From contig JALDTO010000208.1 of the NCBI GenBank assembly GCA_023515725.1, forward strand, positions 233,391 to 297,390: DNA of 64,000 nt. The letters run 5' to 3'. The notes below the pieces were generated by a model. The model ran no database searches. It was not told the DNA's origin and saw nothing but the letters and a program-made list of their open reading frames with translations. Origin of the DNA: Amoeboaphelidium protococcarum X5. Its lineage: Eukaryota; Fungi; Aphelidiomycota. A program made the translations under genes and the position numbers. Every line of letters begins with the position of its first letter. The stretch's first letter is position 1. Shown here one piece after another: positions 13,428 through 27,732 of the stretch.

Positions 13428-15611
13428 TCACATCTTTGCTTCATTGTAACAAATATTGAGCATTTGGATCACATCAACCATTGACAATTGAACATCCAAC
13501 ATTTCCTGGGACTAGATAAGTGGACTCAATGGCTGTTGTAAACTGACAGGCGACGTTGCTGCACTACCACTGCCACTTGCACTACCAGACTTCACCTCCT
13601 CCTGTATCTGCTACTACCTTGCGCGTAATTCAATTGCCAATCTCTTATTATCAAAGTCCACACCAGCCTGAGCCAGCTGTGAAACCAGACGTTGTAATCT
13701 TTCGTAAAAGTAATGCATACCGCGTATCAGGACTTGAACTGACACTTTGCCACTGACTGCATTCATACATCTCAGCAAAACTTCAAGAGATCCTTCACCA
13801 GTCACCATACCGTACTATTAATTGAGAGCTGCATAAAATGGAGATTCTCCTTCAATAATCTACCGCCATATTCTATCATTAATTTCGTCCAGGGTGCCGT
13901 TCACTTCATCCAAATCATACTTCTGTCTCATAACTTTCGGCTTCTGTAAAGGGTACGTATGGATTATCAGCGGGCGCACGTAATAAGCAATGAACGCCAA
14001 TGCCATATAAATTTCACCATGCACGGACTTTTAAGATCTAAATACAATCAGCTCCTTCCACAAAATCAGGACAGAATCCAAGTATGGCTCTCTCAGTGAC
14101 TAATTAAACTTATCTCCAATAATCTCCACCTATTCACATCTCAAATCTCTCTTGAACAGAAGCAGCAGAGACTTGAAAAACCAAAAGAAACTCATTGAGC
14201 CATGTCTGTTATTGTTCATCTTATCTTCTAGAATGCTTTTAGTGCCACTTTAGCTGGAAGTCTGCTAAGCATTAGTAGAGTCTGAAGCATTGACGTCATT
14301 ATTGTTAGATGCAGAAGATGTCTCCAACTCCGTCCAATCATCCTCAACATCTCTAGCAGTGATGGCCTCATCATCTTATGTTTAATCTTGCTGGGCAGAA
14401 CTTGTCTAATTTTCTGAAGCATTACTCTAATGAGCACGATTATCATTAGGATTGGACGTGCTAAACTTATCATGAGAGTCCAAGTCTGTCAAATGTTGTG
14501 CAAACACAGGATCGAGCCACTTGATGCAATGAGATAGCATATTAAATCGAACATTCATACCACTCTAATTGGTGAGGTAATTAGAGAATATATCTCGCGT
14601 AAAAAGAAGGCCACTCACACTGCTTTAGTCTTCGCTATTACTATCATCACCTAATAAGTTGATATCATGGCTCTATGGACCAAACATGAATGATTCGATT
14701 AATGCAAAAGATAAAGCAAATTGAACATTATCAGCTCCCGGGATCTAATTGTATCTCTACTTGAGACTGTCACTGTTTATAATACAAACGAGATAGAGGA
14801 AAGGACTTAGCAGATCAGACATTCCCTAGACATATCCAACCTCAGGATGTCTAAAAGCCAGACTGAACAAAACCAACCGCATTAATCTCAATCGAGGATT
14901 AGACAGATAATTAGAAGCATCATCACACTAATACATAGTAATACTTGCATCAGTTCTCACTATATCTTTATCTATTCTATGCAATATCGTATCCAGTTCT
15001 AAAGGATCATTATTATCGTTACCAACCTGCTCTGGAGACTTTATCATCCACTCTGATTCAACCTGATTACGCACAGTCAGGATTGAATCCAAATATGACC
15101 GATTATCATCAAAGTTAATTCTAAGACTTGACAGCAGTTCATCTAACAATTGCAGATAATCAATCTTGAGGTCCTCGCTGCGTTATTATTCATCACTTTC
15201 AGTCTCAACAATTTAGCCATAACTCACATCAACAGGAGGCATATCAATATCTATGCGATACTATTCATACAGAAATCTTTAGAGTAGAGCCTCGGTCTCC
15301 CATTCATACTACTTTTATCTCAGCTGAATATCCTCTTCATTAACAATAGTATTCTATTAACTGCTCTAAGAGTGCAGATCCCCAGCGGAAAACAGAGTAT
15401 TATCATCATTCTATCTAGAACCACCTTGCAGACTATCTCTAGCCTTATCAATGAAAGAGTCTGCCATATCCAACACTGACAATATCCGTTCTCCATCTCT
15501 CAGCTCTCTCTCCTGCACCACACGCTTCAACTACCCAATACCACTCTTGGCCCCATGCTCCACAATCGACAGAGCTTCATGCGTCCTACTAGCCAGCCAA
15601 TCCAAATTCAT
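13428..15611 (-). CDS. TBC-domain Rab GTPase-activating protein (Gyp7/TBC1D15-like)
   Basis: IDKDIVRTD (Arg finger), GYV(TAG=Q)GMSDLLSP (Gln finger); 727-aa ORF. Confidence 0.85.
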
Positions 15612-16018
15612 TATTTACAATAAGATCACTTGAAATATCACTAAATATATCAAATAGATATCTTGATGGTAATGAACTAGACAGAGAAGAATAGAGTATA
15701 TTAAAAAGAATATATTCGATTGTTTTAAACACGGAAAAGAAACGTTTGAAATCAATCGGGAGAGAGGAGGAAAGAACAAGTTAAGTTACGATGAGTACTG
15801 AGACAAGCGGCTCGATAAGTCGCGCGCTGACTCATTCACTCAAACAGCACTAAGCGTCACATTGCGAGACAAGATGGTGCAAGTATAGGAATGGATGCGA
15901 AATACTGTACCCAAATGGCGTAATCCCTTAATGAGTAGCTTGAAACATTATAAAATTATACACATAGTTTAAACATCTTCATCATCTAACATCAGAACAT
16001 TAAGAAAGACACATGTTG

Positions 16019-17284
16019 TCAATCAACAGAAACCGCCTCGTCTTGACTGATCGCTGAAGAAGCAATCGAACGCGGGCCCTTCTTAATACTCGAAGACTTG
16101 TTGTTGTTGTTGTTGTTATTGATGCTTCCATTAAACACTTTAAATAAATCACCACGAGGCTTTTATCGCTTAGCATTCTTATTACCGCTTTCATTCACTG
16201 GCATGGCCACATAATTACCCGGTGCAGTCTAAGCTTCAGATTATGAATTAATCACTCCGGTCACCGTTTAGTATCGCGATACAACAGGTGATTTACTCAC
16301 TGTGACACCTGCACGCAACTCTATATCTCTTCCGCCATTTGCATTAAATTATTCTTCATTGAGAATAATCTAATTATTATTACTGTAATTATTGTCAGTC
16401 ATGTCTTTATCAATACCATTCACTTTATCATTCTCACTCAGTTATCGGCTGCCGGCGTCATGATTTCCACCACTTTATTAGAATGGAGACTGAGAGTAAA
16501 GACGTGAGTATTCTGAGATCTTATCCACAGTATTGGAACTGTATCGCTTCCAATTGAGACTATTGCTTTTACTCTTAACAGTACTAGAACTCATACTACC
16601 ATTAGGAGATTGTTGATTCGATGCAGAAGCAGATGATATGGAATTGAATTGAGGAGACTCCTTATAATTCGGAAGAGATGATGGCGTGGTGGAATACGTT
16701 CCATAATTAAAAATGCCACTTGGCTTATTAGATTGCATATTCAAGGTACCGCCACTTCCCATCTTTGCATTAACATTGATACAAGAAGGAGTTGAATGAT
16801 CAACAGTACTACTACCATCAACATCTTGTTAGCTATAGACAGTCTATTACTATGATTATTAATCAGAATTATCACCGTCATCATAAGAAGTTGAAGAACT
16901 CTTACGTCGTCGCTAATAAAATAGAGATACTATAGTTACCACAAATCTAAAGGATACCATACATAGAACCAAGTTAAAAGCAATCAATCCATACACGACT
17001 TCAGTGATAATCTGACGACCAGCCCGTACTTTGGATTAGAGTCCATCGCTGATATAATTAAAAGATGACGTGATCACATTAAGGACCTTGTAATTGTAAT
17101 CAATAAACTTGGAAGCATAGGCAAACATGGTGGGAATGGTTTTAAATGCCAAGGTGTATGCCACAGAGCCCATAAATGACAAGCAAAACACCACAACTGA
17201 TATCCAAGTCAGAGCTGCGTACACTGCATATTCTTACACAATCTCGAACAGTGTTCGTCTTTACAATCTAGCAGTAGCTTACAT
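16019..17284 (-). CDS. Hypothetical protein, two N-terminal hydrophobic segments and Ser/Asn-rich tail
   Basis: 421-aa table-6 ORF joining track ORFs 17036-17224 and 16478-16762. Confidence 0.65.
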
Positions 17285-17533
17285 TTTAATTCTTATTATA
17301 CAGGTTAATTGTTAACAGTGCTGAAATCTGTTACTAAAACTAGGGATTAGTACAATGTACCACAACAAGCAGAGAGAAATTACAGATGAGAATTATGAAG
17401 TGACGCTGAAAGAGAAGATGAGAACGAACGAAAGAACGCTAACTCTTCAAAAAGAAAACTGAACAGAGAACTACTGTATAATTTAATTTGTGTTGTCAAA
17501 GTGGTAGTTATATTTAGAAAACTTACAAGATAA

Positions 17534-18487
17534 ATGGAAGATGCAAAGAGGGCGGCTGCAGAAGCTGCATTTCGCGGATAGATTTTGCCGTTTTTGAGTA
17601 CTGACCATAAGGATTATATTAAAAGTGATTAGGTGCAGAAGAGATAAATAGTTGTTGGAATAGGCTCTGGATCTACAGTGCCGTATTTGGTTCCGCTGTT
17701 GGATAGTCTGGCTGAATAGCAATCGTCAAAGTATTGCATAATATGTATTCCAACATCTTATCAATCTCAGCAGCTGATTGCGTAATCTAAACACTTGCAA
17801 CTCGGAACTCTGATGCAATACCCTCAAATTGACATTACTATTGATGGTGCTGATCAAGTGTTAATGATTCCGCGTGATGGCGAATCTAATTCTAATACGC
17901 CTAATTACCATTTAGTATCAGATATTGCATGTATCAAGGGTGGTGGTGGATGTCTGCTTTAGGAGAAGATTGTGGCATCTGCCTCACGGCGATTTGTTCT
18001 GATTGCTGATGATAGAAAGTTATCCCCTGATGGACTATGCTCATCTACATCGTCATGGTAGAATGGTATACCCATTGAAGTTGTACCTGCTGCTGCTTAG
18101 ATTGTTCTTGATTAGCTGCTTAAATCTGATAGCGATAGTGTAAATAGTAGCAACAAATAACGCGTCATTGGTAGAGGCTTTTAATCTAGAGAAGAATTAG
18201 CATATAGTACAAAGTCTCCGGTAGTGGTGAAGGATGCGGTACTACGATCTGGATCTGGTAAAGCTGGACCGGTAATCACAGACTCTGGTAACTTCATAAT
18301 CGATATAAAGATTGCATCAGCATTGGATTCTATTGAAAAAGCTAGGTAGTTGGAATTGTATTTGCTCAGTATAGTCGGCGTTGTTGAAGTTGGCCTATTC
18401 GTTTGTATGGCAGACTCTGTTTACATTGCATCTACATCTACACCATCCTCATCATCTGATTCTAAAGTTACTTTATATCGCAAATGA
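17534..18487 (+). CDS. RKI1: Ribose-5-phosphate isomerase A
   Basis: GIGSGSTV, IDGADQV, IKGGGGCLL(TAG=Q)EK, IPIEVVP, KAGPVITDSGN, GVVEVGLF. Confidence 0.95.
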
Positions 18488-18610
18488 TCGAGTTTCCTTA
18501 CTGAACAAACCTGTAGACATGCAATAGATAGATATTCACTGTAAATGTAAAATAAATAAAATAAAATAAATCAAGATATATTATCCACTATCCGTTTAAC
18601 AAATCACATT

Positions 18611-19690
18611 TCAAATAAAGTGGTAACACTTCATAAGAGGCACCTTTTAGATAACCTTACGCGTGAGTAACAACTACTTGATCGCATTGAACTGCGACTC
18701 GTCATGAACGTCATATTTATCTTGGAGCCACTTGTTCAACTATCGCTCACTAAACACCTTATCTTGAGGTGTGAATGCACGACGATACAACTTCTTGCTG
18801 ATATCAATCTTTAATGGCACTCCGATGGCTGCATTATTGGACTTTAGGATATACTTGCACCATTGATCAAACTGGAATTGGGTGAAATCGTACGATAACA
18901 GAGCATCTTTCCACAGTCTGTAAAGAGTAGTGTTATCATTACAGATTGAAATATAGTTCTTACTGATCATGGCCGGCAGCAGGGTGTCACCACCATCAAG
19001 TGGATCATTTGCATCATCGATAGCCTTAATTAGACCATCAATGTCGCGTCCATGAGACAGCAGCGGCTTCACTTCAGCACCATCTTACGTAGCCTTGTTC
19101 AGTTACAGAGTACATGGAATCAAAATGAAGTACTTATTACTTAGATAATTGGCCACATGTTGAGCCACTTCAACTGAGCATAGTTGATCATTTTGAGTAA
19201 TATTAGAATTAGAATCTTTAGAGATATTAGTCGCGTCAGTCTGAGATGACAAGCTTTGAACTGACAATAATTGCGGCAAATGAACACCCACCAGTCTCTA
19301 AATCAATTCTATCGCATCTGCTCCCGTGAATACATTAGGATGTTTAATACCAAAAGCCATTACAGTCTTTGATTTAAAAGCAATTTCCTACCGAAAATCT
19401 TTAATCAGTGCTTACAGACTATTAACATTGCCCTTGTGACGACCATCAAGAGATTCAGGTGATGATTGTCGCGTTTCAGATTGATCAATGCCGGCCAATA
19501 CATCCTCCACCAGAGTCTCCGAGGCAGTATAGAATGAACAATTGGACACTTGATTCATTTTGCCAGAATCTTCAGAGAATACTTGTGTCTTTCTACTAAA
19601 GAATGTGCCAGATCGCTTCAATTTTAACGGTTATTATTACTGCAACTACGGACTAGTGTTTCCATCTTCTTACATAACGGGCGACTCCAT
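18611..19690 (-). CDS. DEP-domain protein
   Basis: 359-aa ORF; GIKHPNVFTGADAIELI..VANYLSNKYFI DEP-like segment. Confidence 0.6.
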
Positions 19691-20131
19691 GATGAAATGA
19701 ATCAAGCAACGGTCAAAAATAGGGAAATGGTATCCAAAAAATAGAGGCAAATTATTGCTAGTAGTAATTAATACTAATTAATCTACAACACAAAAGAAAG
19801 GTGACAATCACTTACAGCGATAACGGTGATGACTACAACAAAGGCGATGGTATAATGAGAGTTGCAACGCCCCTTGTTCACGCGACAAGATCAGAACGAC
19901 TGCTGAAGCGGGGCGTGGCTATTAGATTTCCATCGCGGTGATAGTTTTATCGCCTCACATTCACATTGACTCGTTCATTTTTAATTCTGGCGTCATCTTT
20001 TGAATTCTTCTACCTTTCTTATTATTCCTGGTACTTTTAGAGGAGATTTCTTGTTTCAACTCGATAACAATCATCGTTATTGTGTTATAAAATTCACAAG
20101 CTAAGCATATTAGATATCTGAATAAGAAGGG

Positions 20132-21454
20132 ATGAATCTGAATAAAATATTAGAACGACTAGTGGGAGAAGAGATTGTGAATAAGAGGGCCAAGAGTTAT
20201 TTGGGCTATGAACAGAAGATGGAGAGTAGAGAGAGTGATAACTATGGTGTATATGCTGCCAAGTTGAGAGATTTTGTCAGTGACTGGTTGAATGACTAAA
20301 GTAATGATTTACCATAGCCATTTGACAATGAGCTCTAACAAGATTAATTTTGGAAAGATCTTATACGGCGATATCTTGTACTTAACTCTAGATAGTTATC
20401 AATATCATCTGATTAGGACGCTGAAGCTATTTTAACTGAATCTGTCGATTAATAATCTTTTGATGACTTGTTCTTCTTTGTGGTTGATGACTATTCCAAG
20501 TCTACCGCAACTAATAATAGCAATAATTATAATGAATCTGGAGGATCTTAGTCCGTTAATGTAATAGTGCGCAGAAATGATGCGGACACATCGCTTGAAG
20601 TTCATGTTGCACATATACTACCTAGTGCAGAGATTAGATGGAAGGACACGCTGCTCCTCAATCTAATTTGCCATTTGCAGTATTAAATTGTAGTCTCAAA
20701 GTGCACAAAGAATCTGAATATTTAGCGCAGTGAGCGATAATAGAAATTAAAGATTTCAAGTACCACTTTGATACCTCTAGAGTAATCCGTGAAGAATCTT
20801 TACGCGTCACCATATAAAATGACTGTAATGGATGCTGGTCGATCACACGATAAATCGTCGTCTTCACTGAGTAGCCATAAGTTGACTTATCCTATTTGCT
20901 ACTTTACATTGAGCGATTATGATTCTGCAAGTTATAGTGAGGAATCTGAAGGCAGTAGAAGTGGAGATATAATTCTCAAAGACAGTCTGCATGAACGAGA
21001 CTTGGAGTACCTGACGGTGGAATTGATCCTCAAGGTTCCACAATTGACTTCCGGTGGTGACGATACATCAACAGATATGACTCTATTCCAGGGTGCCGTG
21101 TCTTATTATGCGCTACGGGAAGCCTTTTAGACTAAGCGGAGACAGTCTGTGTAATTCGACCCTCTTTAGAATTTGAAGAACGTTTTCAGTTCCATTAACA
21201 GATAATTTAAAGGCTAGCAGTCATCTGATATATAAAACCAAGATGATGTTCATTAAGAGCAGTAATTTATATTGATGCGCGGACCTAATGGGAAAGGCTT
21301 TGCTCAAGTGGCTCTATCAGAGATTGTCTATGAAGATCAACAGGTTGGCTCGTCACAGATGTAAAGTATATAAAAGGGATTAAAATGCGACATGGTGTAC
21401 ATATCTCTGCCTCAAAGCAGTATCATATCTGATATTTTGAATGCATTAATTTGA
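20132..21454 (+). CDS. KIAA0930/DUF2045 family protein
   Basis: DDLFFFV, YASPYK, LTYPICYFTLSDYD, TLFQGAVSY, FILMRGPNGKGFAQVA. Confidence 0.8.
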
Positions 21455-21533
21455 TACTACATCACGGTATTATACACTTTAATATAAGCCATTTCCTTAC
21501 TTCACAGAACGACTGACTTATCTTGATTTTTAA

Positions 21534-22607
21534 TCATTCCTGGTCAAGTACTGTGATCAGACTGGCCTTGTATTATTTTAATGATTAGATTAACCAAGGA
21601 AGTCGTGGTAAGCGAGACTTTTTGATGATAATCACAGGATGCCGAACTAATGAGGACTTGAGAACTACACCATACTCCATATCCTTTGGTATCGTATCAT
21701 CAGCTTTTTTATCACCTGACGCGCGTTCGGTTACATCAACTTCATTATCAGAGTGGTTTTATTAGTCCAATTCCATAAGTGAAGTAGTCTTAAATTTAAT
21801 GCTGCGAGTATGCTGCAAAGTGCCTTGATTGATTTTACCACTACTAAAGTTCAGTTCATCCTACTTTTACTCTCGCATCATGTGATGTATTACTCGTTTA
21901 TATGTAATCTCCAGTCGCGGTTCGCAGAAGTTATATGCATCTATGAGGTAATTACCCATAGTGTTAACCATCACCTTGAAATCATCCAAAGTGATAATAG
22001 ATTAAATATGCTTTAACGTGGCAATGAAATAATGCTAATCCAAATCTCTACTCGTTATATCTTTGGTTTCTTTCCCATGGCTGATTAACGTTAACAAGGC
22101 AGATATTAACTCATTGTATGACTGTATGCGAGACTTGGGTGAAATGTACCTGATGATGAAGCTGCAGGTTGCAACAACCACTGCCTAATTTTCTGATTAA
22201 AGTCCGAATACTACTAGACACTTAACAACTGATGAGTTGAGGTTAATTTTCTGAAGCAGCTTGATCAAAATCGACTATGTGATCAACCTTATGCGGATTC
22301 TATCATGAATTAGAGTTGTCCGTATCAAGGACTTCATCAATACCCAGAAATGCTCATTATGTTACGGATTATAAACATGTGGACACTTTATCAGCAGAGT
22401 GTAGATGAGCATACAGGAGGAGAACAGCATCGCAGTATCCAAAGGGGAATTAAGACATTAACAGAGTGGCAACCAGACAGAATCCATAATCATCTATGCA
22501 TCACGCAACTTATTTACTTTCAATAATCGTCTAACATGGTCAATCCCAAGATGGACATCTTCCTACTTTGATGACTCTAAATAGCCTTTAATTGCTTCAA
22601 GATCCAT
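21534..22607 (-). CDS. Hypothetical helical (HEAT/ARM-like) protein
   Basis: 357-aa ATG..TGA ORF, amphipathic helical pattern; family not recognised. Confidence 0.55.
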
Positions 22608-22868
22608 TGTGCATTACAAAAGAGCGTATCCAAGGTAAGTTGATACATTCTCTTTATCGTCACCACAGATAACAACGGGGTATTTTGCTTAACAGCTTAA
22701 CTATATCGATAACGCGTATACTGTAGATCAAGATTGTCTCTTATAGATTTTTAGAACTTGAAACAATCATAGTAGAAACATATTGGTAATGACAATTGCA
22801 CGAAATACTAAAAGAAGACATTTTGTGGCACTAAATTCATCTCTTATAATCAATAGTATTATACGACA

Positions 22869-24740
22869 TCATTCGTCATCATCATTCACAGCACTGTTGG
22901 CATCAGAAAGAGGTTCTGTGGCATCAAATTGTTTCAAAATCAGAGCCTCCTTTTTAATAGAATTGGTCTCCGTCGACAACCTGCGAGACTAGCGCCGTTT
23001 CACACGATCTGCCAGTGAGAATTCCGCTCTATCGACAGGCACCTGAGCAACTATTGGTCTTTAAATCTAAGCAATCAGCGCATCTACCTCTACGTAATTC
23101 TGGTCATCATTAATAAAATCCTTGTGCTTGATTGACGCGCAGTGCTCTACCAGGTCGGCAAATTTCTCCTAACACACCTCACAAAATCCGGGTTTCTATT
23201 CAGCAGCATCAGCATCAGATTTCTTTTTGCGCACAGACATGTTGGCGTCCCTCATCTACACCATTTTAAGATATTTCTACTTTGAAGCTTACTCCAACTC
23301 CTCCAATCGGATAATACGCCCTTCTTCCGTGAGTTATTGGAGCAGTTTCGGTGGTTTCCAACTGAATAAACCGTACGGATCTTTCTAATTACCTGGTTTT
23401 TGATTCAGTCTTTTAAGCTTCATGGCCTCTTTCGATAACACTGGCCCCTATTCTTCATCCTCATCATCATCATCATACTCTGGCATGAGCAGATCGGAAC
23501 TCTCAGGTGGATAAAATGGGCAATCACCAGGCACACTGTCAAAGTTGAGATAAGGCAATGTGTACTCATTGGGAAGCAATTCTTGTCCCATTTTCAATTT
23601 CTTCTTACACTCGTGGGATGGCACAAATTCTTTAAACACTGGCCGGTAACAGTTGCCTCTGTCTAATACTAACATGTATGGGAATTTAAATTCATGAAAC
23701 TGCGACTATTTAGGATCTTTATACCAGTATTCTTACAAAAGACGTTTACTTTCCAATTGCTAGTAGTCAGGCGCTCCAAAATACTTCTTCAAGGCAGTAA
23801 GGACCTAATCAACATGAATGACTCGTATTCCAGATTCTCGAGCTTCACGTATCACAGATTCGCGGTCAACCTCGATTGATGCGGACGAGTTTACAGTTAT
23901 CACAGACTGAGTGCCGGGGTGCTGAGAGTATATGGAAGCGGCAAGTTTCGGTGCAGCTGACAGCACTGATGCATTATCGACAAAATTACTATTATTGTGA
24001 TGACGTCTCACCGGAGGATTAGGACCAGTCTGGGAAAAATGCTTCTACTACTGAGCTTTACTTTCATTAGCAGACGGATGACAGGATACCAATATAGAGA
24101 CCGAAGAGTCAAAAGTGGTAGAGTACTTGCATATTTCATTATCTTGCATAAAGGACTGTATAAAAGCCAGCTTGTGCCGATCCTTGACATCCAGCATGAA
24201 CACATTCTCACGGAAGTACCTGACATAGTTTTTCTATTTCATGCTAAACTACTCTTCCTGAAGCTACTTTGCAGACTTTTACTCCTAGTCCCGCTTAAGC
24301 AGTTTAAAGCTCTGTTGTTGTTTGGCCTCAATGTCCATTTCAAAAGCACGTTTACGCAAGGCACGGGGTGGCTCTTTATCAGCACTTTTACTTTTTACCT
24401 ACTTTGTTGTCACAGCAGCTGCAGGTATATTCTCTTATTCAACAGACTACTGAGCCACGTCAATCTTGGTGCTAACTCGCTAAATGGATTTAGTAAAACT
24501 ATATGAGACGCCTTGTTGTACTTTGGTGGTGACAGTAGTACGCTTTCTCTCCTTCTACTACATGGCAACTTTTTCTTATAGAGTCGTTACCTTCTTACTT
24601 TCTGCTCTTCCAGGACCAGCAATAGTTTGAGTAGAATGAACATAATTACCAGTCACATTAACTTCATTGCGTTTAAGAAGACTAGCAGCATAGGATGACC
24701 GCAACTTGGGCAGATTAGAGGCAGCAGGTTAATTCTCCAT
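22869..24740 (-). CDS. DBF4: Cdc7 regulatory subunit Dbf4
   Basis: Motif M (FKFPYMLVLDRGNCYRPVFKEF..LPYLNF) and zf-DBF (KPGFCEVCQEKFADLVEHCASIKHKDF). Confidence 0.88.
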
Positions 24741-25061
24741 CAGCAGGTACGATAATCAGAGTACTAAAGCAGTTAAATTAAAGATGAATACCAGATATAG
24801 TGCACTTAAAGAAGAAATAGACAATAGGTGAGAGAACAGTGGAACAATTAAGATAAATGAACAGGCGGCCGCACAAGAGCTGATGATACAGTAGACAACA
24901 CGGTGCAGAGAGAGAGACCGAGAAATGACCAAAGTTGAAACAGAAAGATGGCGCGCATAGCACCGCGAACTGAAAAGCTCAATTGGCGACGAAACTTTAA
25001 TTCGCTCATGTTTCACTTCAATCTGTCTCGCTCGGTCTTGATCAATCAACGGCTATCTGAT

Positions 25062-25907
25062 TCAGCTCTACTCAAACAACTTGGCAATCTTCGCCTCCAG
25101 GTTGGCATCCTATTTAATTACATTGCTCACTTGCTTTACAAAGTCAGGAAATGTTGGATCCTTCAGAATTGCGTCGATTTTGGCATCAATTCTCTCTTCT
25201 TTACCACACAGTTAGTCTTAAGTGCTGATCTACGACGTAATAGAGTTTATGTGTTCATTAATCTTTTGTTAGGTTGCAGTCATTGCTTCGTCAACTTATT
25301 GATCTTCAATTGACTGAGTTGATTCCATCGTTGCAACGGGTATCGAATGCTAAGCAGTATCTACTTGGGCAATGACTGAAGCATCTCCGACGGACAGAGT
25401 TGATAGATTAGTTGCAGGTGGCATCTAATGCTAAGTGTATCCATTATCAGTGGCTTGTCCAACATTTTACGATGCTAATCTTGGGACGCTCAGCATTGGA
25501 GGACTAAACGTTTGAGATGGCGCACTGTTTCTGACAGGCGCGTTCCAGAATTGAGAAGCCGAGTTTTAAGTGAAACTGTCACCATTTGACGCGTCTTTGA
25601 TGTTCAGAGAGCCAGGCAAGCAGTTTTTCAATAGATTACAATCTTCAGTAGTTTTGAACTTTAATTACACTTTGATGGAAGCATTACCTTCAATATACTT
25701 TATGCCAAACGTATCGTGTTTCATTACTAGCTTTACATTATATTTGCACAGATTTGCCGCGTTCAACCCAAGTTCAAACACAACGCTCTGACTGTCCCGG
25801 ACTATGAGTTTTGAGTCAGCATAATCAACCTAGCAGTTATAACTTCTAGTGTCCCAAGCACTTGTCTTTGCATTGTAAAAGCTAATTTTTCTCAATTCAA
25901 TATACAT
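25062..25907 (-). CDS. REC114: REC114-like meiotic recombination protein
   Basis: Beta-rich PH-like N-terminus (..FGIKY..KVQLKFKTTEDC), disordered linker, C-terminal ILKDPTFPDFVKQVSNVI resembling the REC114 signature. Confidence 0.65.
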
Positions 25908-26080
25908 GACTCTCACAAGATGTACTACTTTAGAAAGCAGATAATCAATGTCAAAGAAACAAAAGTGAAACGAAACGAATAAATCTTTAATCAAATGCTA
26001 CTATACTTGGTCATTATCTACAGTTACGGGTCGGTTTTTAAGAGCAATAGCAAATCAATTCAATGTGACTGCATGGACTT

Positions 26081-27130
26081 TCATGGAATAAGGATAAATG
26101 AATTTGCACTCATGAGACCGACTTCAGCCTTGGCTATCGCCAGATCGGTAGGCAGCATATCAATCCGAGCCAGTTCATTGAAGTGATAATTAGTTGTTGA
26201 TAGCTCACCTACAAAATCATTCGATATATTCACATCAGAAGAGGCAGACGATGTGGGTAAAGACGCGTCACCACCAGCACTTTAGCCATTACTAAGAAGG
26301 AAATAATCGATGCAAAAGCCAGTGGCAAAAGCAAGAAGAACAGAGACGGTAAATGCGTTACCATAAGGCAGAGCTGGTTTCAGTCTCTACTCGACGCCAT
26401 TCCATGCGGCAGATATCATACTCCACAAATCCTCAGTCTCTCCTTCATCATTATTATCATTACCATCAGTGATAGCATTCAACTGACGATTAGGAAAGAA
26501 GATACCGGATAGTCCAAATCTTGAGCCTCCTGAAGGTAGAGGCGAGTCACTGAATCTTACATCTTAATCACCAATATGATGCGATCGTAGTTGAATGCCC
26601 GATGTTGAGTTTGGCTTTCTCTTTCTCCTGACACGAGTAGACTCTTCGTTTGAACCAACCACCACAACACTTTTACCACCAATGCGACGCGACACCAATG
26701 ATCCACCAGAATATCCAGCAGGGATGGTGACTTGCGATAGAGGAATCGCTTAAAATTCAAGGCTGTCATGTGATGACTCAGCATCATCAGTGCTGTACAT
26801 GAAATCACATTCGCTAGACGCCCTACTACTGTTAGCAGTACCAGCGCCTAACTCCTTACCATAACGTTGCAGTGCATTACTTATAGACTGAGGGTCAGAA
26901 TGCTCACGCGCAATAGCAGATGAAGAGGATCTGCTCTTGATCGAACGCGGGCTCCTCGGCGTGTGCGTCCGGCTCCCCGTCGTAACAGACCTGACGCCCA
27001 AATCAACATCGTCGCTCTCCAAGTCAGTGCTCAGCATCGAATACGAGCTCATGCTACTCTTCATATCCTTTTACTCTTGAACAACTAGTAGTTATTCCTC
27101 ACTCATTCCAACTTGATTCATATCTTCCAT
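26081..27130 (-). CDS. Ser-rich hypothetical protein with one TM helix
   Basis: 349-aa ORF; TM AFTVSVLLAFATGFCIDYFLL. Confidence 0.6.
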
Positions 27131-27732
27131 TTTTATAATTGACATTCAGTGTTAGACTACACACACATACATACACACAATACAAATACAATTAGTACAA
27201 TTACTGTTTCAAACACGAATGAAACGCCCCTGCTAACGGAACAACAAATGAATCAACTGTCGGTTGTCCACGCCAGCAAGGCTCCATTAATAAATCTTAC
27301 CTCTTCAAAGAATTAGATTAAATATATTCTTTAGATGAGTAGAATATATAATTTAATGAAATGTGTAAAAGATATAAAAGAATGTCCAAGACTTTTGCAG
27401 GTCAACTGACTGGCCAATTTTCCGATCAGTGTTACACGAGAATCTCAGTCATCTGATCAAATTCTGACAGGAATTAAAGGTGCCTGATTGGCCCATGCTA
27501 AATACAGATCTGATTCTGTATCATGATTTAAAAACTTCAGTGGTATAGACTTTTTGATATTTTATGCGTGGCTTTAAAAATGACCTGTTTATGATGCCAT
27601 AATCTTATTGGCCTGTCTTAATCAGAAACTGTCTTGTAATTCATTTCTTTTCTCAAAAGCTGAAATCTCTCACCAATTTCCTTTCTTCAAACTCGCGTCA
27701 TATCATCATAATAAATTCATTTTAGTTTTTAC

